A stretch of DNA of 64,000 nt from Octopus vulgaris (Eukaryota): NCBI GenBank assembly GCA_951406725.2, contig OX597822.1:72788001-72852000 (forward strand), written 5' to 3'. Under the pieces are notes generated by a model. It did not search any database, was not told the DNA's origin, and saw only the letters and a list, made by a program, of their open reading frames with translations. Shown here one piece after another: positions 55,021-64,000 of this stretch (position 1 is the first letter of the stretch; every line of letters begins with the position of its first letter). Position numbers and translations under genes: made by a program.

Positions 55021-56519
55021 CGACCAATATAGATTTGAGTCAGAAAACTAGCCTAATTGATTTTACTATATATGTATCATATTTCTGATCAAGCAAACCA
55101 ATCATTATCAACAACCGGACACCTACTCTCAGATTGTAAAAGTCATATGACCGCTTACCTCGTTTCCATGGATTCATAACATTACCCTAGAACGGGAAAC
55201 TAGTCAGTTGCAGGGTTACTTATTTACAGTTGATTGGACTGGGGGAAAAATGAAGTGAATAGTTTTGCTCAAGAACATAATGCATCGCCACCCCAAGAAT
55301 CAAAACCACAACTTTGCGTACAACAGCCTTACCACCTGCCCACAAGCCTTTACCAGTAAGTCTGATTAGGAAAACTATCATTTATGAGTCATTTTTCCTA
55401 CACAAGGTAAATAGCGTGCCATAGTTTCGAAGACCAAGGATTGCGATTATGTGATTTTCATTCCTTTGTCAATTGTATTAATAACAAAAAATAAGATGCA
55501 AGTGTGAATGGCTGAGAGGGTAAACGGCCTTATTTTGCCCTATTTTCATACGCTCAGTGTTGCAATGATGCCGATATTGATTTTGATTTTTTCGCCATCC
55601 AGCGGCAGTAATATGACATGAACCTAGGTCGACAGAATCAGCCGCACTCCTCTTCTTACATATACAACCTGTTCTTCTGTTAGAAATCATTAGCAGCAGA
55701 ACACTTATTAACCGAGATACGAAGTTATTCAAATTACATTATGTTATATTTGATTCTTAATGATTCATTGAATAAATTTTCTTGTCATTAGCGGATCCGA
55801 TTCAATTTTCCAAAATCTACACACTATTGTAAACACCTTCATCATGTCTAAACCGTAAAACGGCCTTACACGAAATTTTAAATGAGAAAATCACCAAATA
55901 AGTAGTGTTATTGTTTATATTGGGTTGTATGTATTGTGTAATTGCTTTTCTCGAAAATGTCATTGCAAGACGGTTGCTATGTGATTAAATAGTAAATCTA
56001 AAGAAATGGAACTATGAACCGAGTCTTACATTTTATTTGAAATGCTAACTAATCTAATAACCTATATTTTTATATGAAACGTAACGAACCTAATCAAAGT
56101 ACCTTTTTATCTCAATTCAAGCTAAAAATCTATGAGGATCCTTTATATATCCATAGGCATCTGAAACTTAGATAGAAGATGAATGAAAGTTATAGGAAAC
56201 GAGAATAGCTAAATGTAGAAACAGTGATTCTATCCAAGGCTCGGCTCCCTAAGTGTTCATCTTTTGTACTGAACATTTTTTATTTTATAAATAAGAATCT
56301 ATTTTCTTGGCAACACGAATGGTCAAAGAGCTCTGAATGTGCATTAATTGTGTAAGTGGCGGGAATTCGTTGGAACTGGTGATTGTTACTACAGCATGTA
56401 ATATATTTAAAGTATGTTCAATCATTTTCTCATTTCATCAATATTTTTTTATATATCTAGCATAGAGACATTGATACTCAGTTCAGCAACATTGATTTCA
56501 TATTACTAGCTTTGTGTCA

Positions 56520-56885
56520 GTGCTTGTTGACCCCGAAAGGAGGAAAGGCAAAGCCGATCTCGACAGAATTTGAGCTCGGTTCCGTAAAGACGGACAAAAT
56601 GACGCCAAGCATTTAACTCGGCGTGCTAACGATTGTGCCAGCTCGCTGTCCTACTCAGATCGATAATATTGGCTTTAAATTTTATCAGAAGACCAGAAAA
56701 TGCGAGGGAAGAGATTAGTAGATTTCATCGACCCCCAGTGCTCAACTGGTGCTTATTTTATCAATTCTGAAAGGGGGAAAAGCAAAGTCAACATCGACGG
56801 AATTTCAGTTCAGAACGTAATGACAGATGGACCGCCGCTAAGCATTTTGCCCAGCGTAGTAACGATTCTGCCAGCTCACCGCAGC
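56520..56885 (-). mobile_element. Two SINE family B copies
   Basis: GACCCCGAAAGG core and GTAACGATTCTGCCAGCTC head. Confidence 0.7.
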
Positions 56886-57880
56886 TTTCAGGTCAGTAAT
56901 ATTTACCAATGATATTTCGTTTTATGCATAATCTGGGGGACTCAAAATTATTATCGGAAAAGAAACATCTGGAACGGATGAAACTAAAATATTTCTCAGT
57001 GTGATCTGGGAAGTTCGTTTCTATTTAACATTACACTTATATAATTTGAGGCTATATGCAGATTGGGGATCAGAATTATTGGGGACCTTAATTAATTATC
57101 ATGCTAGAATTATAAAAATTAAGCACATCTAAAGTGGATTCGAAACTCAAATAGAGCAATCAAAATTAGAAAATGTTACTTATTGTATTGTAAATAAATA
57201 TATACTATATTTCAAAATACTTCTGTATGATGGATGGAATGACGTTATCACGTAAAGTTTCGAGAGATATTTTAAAGAATTTAGTGACTGAATACATTTT
57301 GTCATTAACTATAATTACGGCTTTTTTTTTTGTATGACCACTAAATAAAATAAAGTTGCTAAAGCAGGGTTGGAAACTGTGTCATATTTCCTGCGAGTTG
57401 AAAACTTAGGAATATACACAAACAATGGCATTAGCTTTGAAATCAAAATATATGGCTGGTGAGATAATAGACCAATAGACGTTTCATTCATCGACTATCG
57501 AGAATGAAAGAAAGAAGAAAGAGAAAAAGTGGTGTGAAGAGACAGAAGGAGCCAAAAGGAGACAGAGATAGTTTTGGATGTGGAGGGTTAGAAGCGAAAA
57601 ATAGAGAGACACATCCTGCAGCTGTTGCCAAGTCCAATAAAGAGATTGATTTGGAAAAATGTAAATGTTTATCTCTTTAAGCTTCAGATTAGCGACCATA
57701 AAAGGCAAAAGAGAGATGATTTATTTAATAGATGCTCATAACAGATTTGGAACTCACTAGTAAGAACGAGCATATAGGGACAACATTTGTAAAAACATTA
57801 AACATACTTACGCTCATAAAGAGATAAACACATTAACCTATTGCCTCATAAACATACAATTATACAAACAAATAATCATA

Positions 57881-57924
<44 letters not shown>

Positions 57925-58199
57925 ATATATGTATATGCATATGTATGCATGTGTGTGTATCTGTAATTGGCCAAAGTATTGTTAACCCTAACAGATCTTT
58001 CACCGTTGGAAATTAACAAATTTTACAATTGCCTCTAGGTTCCTTAATATATCAATAGAATTCTCTTTTATTGGGAACCCTTTTACAGTTTAGCAGTTTA
58101 TTTTTTAAGTCAAGCAATAACATAAAGCAAACATCAACCATGGTCTTGTGTATATGTCTACCACTTCATCTACCGAAGACGTTTCAGTGTGTTTACTCG

Positions 58200-58760
58200 A
58201 GCTGTAACAATTGGCGACCCAATATTCTTTAAGTCTAAAGTAACAGTTTCAAAAGTGTTGAAATATAATGAATAAAATAATACTGAAACTTCCCCACTAG
58301 TAAGAGAGACAGTCATAACTGCATTACTGCACGGAAGATACACAAGGACCCATCGATTGAGAAGACAAGATATGCTATAACCGAACGAAGCGTGCCATAT
58401 GACACTGAAAAATGCAAATCATTTGCGGGTCTACAAATTACACAAGTCTTAGTGAAGCATTCTAAAACTGTTTTCGAAACATTTACCAAATAACAGAGGA
58501 AATTACAATTTACAAGAATAACAATAATGAAAATAACAATAACGACAGAAGAGTTATAAACAGGAAATACTAAAAAACTATTATCACAATCATTGCAGAG
58601 TCTATTATTTGAAAATAAACGTGAAACAAAGAGAAACAACAAACTAATCAATAGAAACACATAAGTATTATAAATATATATAACACTACGATGTTTGTCG
58701 TCGCTCATAACATTGCAAGAGAAATAATTTCAGAGCCATTCTAAAGTACAAAAGAAAGAA
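58200..58760 (+). mobile_element. Possible Gypsy 5' relic (LTR end, PBS, decayed gag)
   Basis: TGTAACA|ATTGGCGACCC junction resembles LTR end plus PBS; A-rich coding-like sequence follows. Confidence 0.3.
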
Positions 58761-58885
58761 TAGCAACGAGAATCCTCTATTCTAACTTATCTACAAATCA
58801 GGCAAGATAGATTTGCTACAAGTTGTTACGAGAAGTGTGGGGTGTGATATTATATAAACATTCTGTATTGTGTGTGTATGTATAT

Positions 58886-59101
58886 ATCACGTGATCACGT
58901 GTCCGACCAGACCATCAGATGTTGCTACACATCACTGGTCACAATGCGTTTGCATTGTTTTAACCTTCGAATGACGCCACCCCGCTGGCTAAGCGAGCAG
59001 GCCAACAGAAGAAAGAGTGAGAGAAAGAGTGGTGAAAGAGTACAACAGGGATCCTGCGACCGCGAGTCCGGTGCCCTAACCACTGGGCCATTGCGCCTCC
59101 A
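58886..59101 (-). mobile_element. SINE, family D head (internally deleted) with a third tail
   Basis: GGAGGCGCAATGGCCCAGTGGTTAGGGC head; distinct tail ending CACGTGATCACGTGA. Confidence 0.7.
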
Positions 59102-59106
59102 CTATA

Positions 59107-59162
<56 letters not shown>

Positions 59163-59165
<3 letters not shown>

Positions 59166-60446
59166 GGTTGGCCAAAATGTCCGTTCGTTTTTTTTTTAGT
59201 ATCAACTGTCCGGTCTTCTAATCACTGTTCCGATATTCTTTTTCTTTAGAAACTGTATTCGGTATAACGACCAAGGTTACATCAGTGTGTAACAAGCCTC
59301 AAAGGAGAGAGATTGCAACTTGTTTGATTGCATTTGAGCCTAGACATGGAAGACCGGGCGGAGCGCTATCGGCATTTAATGCTTTTTTACTTCAGAAAAG
59401 GAAAGAAAGCAACAGCAACTTGCCGAAAGTTATGCAATGTGTATGGAGAGAATACTGTTTCAGAACGGGTGTGCCAGAAATGGTTTGCTCGATTTCGATC
59501 AGGGAATTTTTCAGTAAGAGATGCACCTCGCTCTGGCCGGCGAAAAGAATTTGACATCGACCAACTGGGAGCTGTAGTCAAACAAGACTGCAGTCTTAGG
59601 ACCAGACAAATTGCAGATATTCTTAACATATCCAAAACAAGTGTGGAAAATGAATTGCATAAACTTGGTTATGTTTCTAAACTTGATGTTTGGGTTCCCC
59701 ATAAATTGACAGAAGCAAATCTTGTCCAGAAGGTTTCTATTTGCGATACGTTACTGAAAAAGGAAAATAATGAACACTTTTTGAGAAGAATTGTTACTGG
59801 AGATGAAAAGTGGGTAGTTTACAATAATGTGAAACGAAGATCACGGAAAAAAGCAGAGGATTCTCCAAAACAAACACCCAAAGCAGGTTTTCACCCAAAG
59901 AAGGTTCTGTTATCGATATGGTGGGATTGGAAGGGTGTTATCTTTTTTGAACTTCTTCCCTTGAATAAAACCATAAATTCAGAGGTTTATTGTGAACAAC
60001 TGGATAAATCAAACACGGCTCTTCATCAAAAACGGCCAGAACTGGTGAATGGCAGAGGCGTTGTTTTCCACCATGAAAACGCAAGGCCACACACTGCTTT
60101 GATTACTCGGCAGAAGTTGCTGCAGCTTGAGTGGGAAGTTTCGCCTCACCCTCCGTACTCTCCAGATCTGGCCCCATCAGATTTCCATCTGTTTCGATCA
60201 CTGCAAAATTCATTGAATGGAAAAAGATTTAATTCTGATGAAGACGTGAAAATTTTCTTGGAAACATTTTTTTGCTAATATAGAACCTAGATTCTTCGAA
60301 CAAGGGATTAAAGACCCAACAGGTGGCGAAAGTTTATAGAAGCAAATGGTAACTATTGTATTGATTAAATACATTTTTCACAATTGTTTACTTTGTTTTG
60401 ATTTTCACCTAAAAAAAAAAACGAACGGACTTTTTAGCTAACCTAA
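59163..60446 (+). mobile_element. Full-length mariner (Tc1/mariner, mellifera-like) DNA transposon, 1284 bp
   Basis: Imperfect TIRs TTGGGTTGGCCAAAATGTCCGTTCGTTTT... and ...AAAACGAACGGACTTTTTAGCTAACCTAA, TA on both sides, typical ~1.3 kb length, internal transposase. Confidence 0.95.
59346..60368 (+). pseudogene. Mariner transposase, inactivated
   Basis: MEDRAERYRH start; HTH region, WVPHKL, TGDEKW, HPPYSPDLAPSDFHLF motifs; second catalytic Asp reads E (FHHENARPH); extra T in a T-run gives stop at 60276-60278, C-terminus (EPRFFEQGI..RWRKFIEANGNY) continues in shifted frames. Confidence 0.92.
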
Positions 60447-60638
60447 TATATATATATTGCTCTTTTCTGTAATATTAAAACATGTGTGTGTAACACATGG
60501 CTACTACATGTGTATGTATTCTTTTAATATTTTCTAATGCTTTCGAATAAATAGACAGACTGGAATATCTACCTGGTGATGTATGTCGTTCTGTATCCTC
60601 TCCATTTGTAGATTTGCTATATATATTTATATATATAT

Positions 60639-60693
<55 letters not shown>

Positions 60694-60697
<4 letters not shown>

Positions 60698-60875
60698 TCA
60701 AAATTTACAGAAAAACAAAAGATGAAGACATGTGTATGAACAACAAGAAGGTGTATTAGTTTGACGCTCGGGAACGTGAGAAGGTGTTTTACGTTTCGAG
60801 CATACGTTCTTCAACAGAAAGGAACACGAGGAAATAAACACAGCGAGAAAAAAAAACAGTTGTGGATTTAGCGGT
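60694..60875 (-). mobile_element. Same pLTR/HHR family, minus strand (HHR 60787-60820)
   Basis: Reverse complement TTT-CTGTTGA-A-GAAC(GTAT)GCTC-GAAACGTA-AAA; same tail; ends at (TA)n. Confidence 0.7.
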
Positions 60876-60922
60876 CAATCACAGCGACACGCACACATGT
60901 ATATGTATATATGTGTGTATAC

Positions 60923-61017
<95 letters not shown>

Positions 61018-61179
61018 TGTATGTATGTATGTATGTATGTATGTATGTGTGTGTGTGTATGTGTGCATGTTTGTGTGTGTATTTAATTAAATGTCGGATG
61101 ATGAAGCTGACTGCTCAACACCGCATTGTTGGATAGAATTCTTTCATTTCTTTATATATATAGATAGATAGATATATAT

Positions 61180-61232
<53 letters not shown>

Positions 61233-61879
61233 TGGATGGATGGATGGATTGATATAGATAAACACAGATGGGCATAACAAATGGCAGCCATAGTGTAACA
61301 GAAAACGACACCATATTATGACTACTCAACCATCAAACGACACGTCACTTACGGAACTGTACTATTCTCAGGAAGGGAATATTCAAAGCTCTACATTTAA
61401 CGCCGCCTGCGTTTAAGATTGTACAAACATGAATAGTGATGTAATAACGTAACAGAGTGAGTCACTTTAAACCGGAAACACCCTAGACATTATATTCTAA
61501 ACACGAGCATTACACTCTAAAGAATGTTTCTCAATAGATACACGTTTGATTCACCATGGTATAGCAACAAAATTCACACTAGATAGTCATTTACCTCCCA
61601 CGCTACCATTTGGTGAATAATTCACCAAATTTCCTCTGACCATGTACTAGTTATCTCAAACATGCAAATGATCAAGAAACTGTTAGCTGTTTTAGCAAAT
61701 AAAAAATATAAAACCAAACAAGTTCTTCAAAGAAAGATATTCACGATTTTTCAGAATTGAGAAACTCTAGAATCAGCAACAGAGATAACGAAATGCAACA
61801 AAATAAATTATAATTATAACGGTGCATCCCAGAAAACAACATAACATATTGATTTTACATTTTATCATAAGACTAACAA

Positions 61880-62180
61880 TTCCCGGGATGTCGATTACAT
61901 AGACCCCAGTACTCAACTGGTACTTATTCTATCGACTCCGAAAGGAATGAAAGGCAAAGTCATCTTCGGTGGAATTCGAACTTAGAACAAAAAGACGGAC
62001 AAAATGCCGCTAACTAATTTTCCTGGCGTGCTACCGATTCTGCCAGCTTGCTGTTTAAGACAACATAGAATATCCTTTTCTAGGCCCGAAATTTTGGGGG
62101 AAGGGACCAGTCGATTAGATCGACCCCATTACTCAACTGGTACTTAATTTAACGACCCCGAAAGGATGAAAGTCAAAATT
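61880..62180 (-). mobile_element. Two SINE family B copies
   Basis: GACCCCAGTACTCAACTGGTACTTA...CCGAAAGG core twice. Confidence 0.7.
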
Positions 62181-63059
62181 TAGCACCCAACGAACTACCA
62201 AATTCAAGTAGTTCTTTGATCGACATATTTTCAATCCATCAGTTTAAATTGGTCAACAATTGGTTATAAACACTCTCTCGAAAGTTATATCCACCCTCCC
62301 CAAAGAAATGCATACAAAACCATACATTTTGTTCACATGAAAATAGAAACCATATAAATTCATTTGCTGTTCTTGTGTGGTATATATCGTATAGAATATA
62401 CTGTAGATAAGATATTGCATTACCAGATAATTAGAAGATGTTATATGTCGTTGGTATTTTGATATTATTTATGCAGATATATCACAGTATCGTCTAACTA
62501 TTACGGTGATGAGATGTAACATGTCCTGATCGTCATACTGATCAGCATATGTTAACCCTCTGAATTTCTGGGAAGGAAGTGTATTCCCCGATTGGAGATA
62601 ATCAAAATATATCAGGAGCAATTGATCAGTGTCATCTTAGCGACTAATTAGGTGCCATGACGTACTAGAGCAGAGTTACCGGAAACTGTGCAATGCCGTA
62701 AGAAATAACATTAATAATGCGTCTGAATATTATTATATACAGAAAGGTATTAAGACGGTGAATGCTGATACATTTTTCGCAATTGGTCCTCATAAACATG
62801 ACTTAGAATCTCTATTTCTAACGCTGCCCAATTTGAAAACTGTTACTTAATTCACAGCTGCAACTATGAAGTAGGGTTTCTGTGCCACCTCTGTGCACGA
62901 CGACAAAAAGAAAAAAAATCTAGAAATAAACTGTTGACTGATTCACCAATCTTTTTCTAATAGTCGTGGAATGTGTTCATATCTAACCAACACTTCACCT
63001 CCTACTAAAACACCAGGCGTACATCTTGTTTCCGTTGGGGACATAACCCCTTTCTACAA

Positions 63060-63890
63060 CCCCTTTCTTTTAACCCCTTTCTACAATCGATCTTCATTGT
63101 TCAGGTTGGCCTTTTATCTTAAGCTTCATTCGGAAAGTTTGTTTCCGCGCAAGTGTAAATTCTTTTCGCCAACTTGATTCAGAAACTTTGAATCTGCGCA
63201 TGCGTAGATTCTAATCTCCTTGTCATTTACTTTGAATGAAATATCAGCAAGAGAGACTTCGAGTCCATCTAGCTCCAACTCATCTCCACTCTTTCCTCTA
63301 AATATATCAGCTTTCTCTCTTAATCTGCGAACACCTCGAATTAAAAACATATCTTTGATCCTACTTCATTCTTCGTTATTGATATCTAAAACACTTCAAT
63401 CCTCTTCGAAGTTATGATGATCGCTATTTTCACAGCTTCGAACATATACTTTACATGGAAAGAATTGCAGCTCAAAGACTGATGCTTCTCTTCAATGCTA
63501 GAAAATATTTCATACTTCAACAATCACCATCCACAGAGCTGAAGTAGGATCCACAACAGAAGGCATATTCACACGATCAGAACGTGCTGCTGCAACCACA
63601 AACATAACGGCAACTAGGGAAAAGTCACATGACTGATTGACATATTCATCTCATGCGCTCCAACTACTGACATATAAACCTGCTGTCTGCATCCTGTCTT
63701 TCATTTTATCTCCCTTTTCTATAGCTATGTCAATAATGGCTGCCTCTTTGTGGTAACAGAACTCGTTGTACCTCAACTCAGGTTCTCTCAACAACTCGTC
63801 TCTCTTCCTCTCATCTCTTATAACATGGCTAACCCTATGACGCCGTGTCACTAATCGTTGCAAGCCTTCCTTCTTCTCTAAAACTTCGTT
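63060..63890 (-). pseudogene. Decayed coding relic, possibly BEL/Pao gag N-terminus
   Basis: One minus frame reads as charged coiled-coil protein over ~800 bp with several stops (KEGLQRLVTRR..ELLREPELRYNEF..; REKADIFR..ELELDGLEVSLA). Confidence 0.3.
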
Positions 63891-64000
63891 CTAGGACTTT
63901 CTTTCTGCATAAATTTTCAGCTGACAGCATTTTTAGCACAAGATTAATAGAATCACAAAAAGCAGTATCAGTTCTATTGTAGACACAAGGCCTGGAATTT

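Noticed and set aside
60232-60256. CTGATGAAGACGTGAAA
   Set aside because: Inside mariner coding sequence (SDEDVK) with no stem II

Overview
AT-rich eukaryotic DNA packed with microsatellites and transposon relics. The SINE families and the (TA)n/(TAGA)n/(AAT)n load resemble a cephalopod (Octopus-like) genome, which is an inference. No intact host gene is supportable, and nearly all ORF-track entries are microsatellite translations. Recognisable elements are a full-length but inactivated mariner (59163-60446), a 5' mariner fragment, two non-autonomous Helitrons, Gypsy/LINE relics, at least four tRNA-derived SINE families, and a Penelope-like element (PLE) GIY-YIG fragment inside a ~1.9 kb fold-back. 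The main unexplained signal is about 10 type I hammerhead ribozyme (HHR) motifs in several small elements. These include a tRNA-headed SINE carrying an intact minimal HHR (54744-55020), a head-to-head insertion of its tail flanked by 15-bp direct repeats, a long-stem-II HHR repeated 592 nt apart, perfect fold-back hairpins, and apparent copying of nearby host DNA at PLE junctions.
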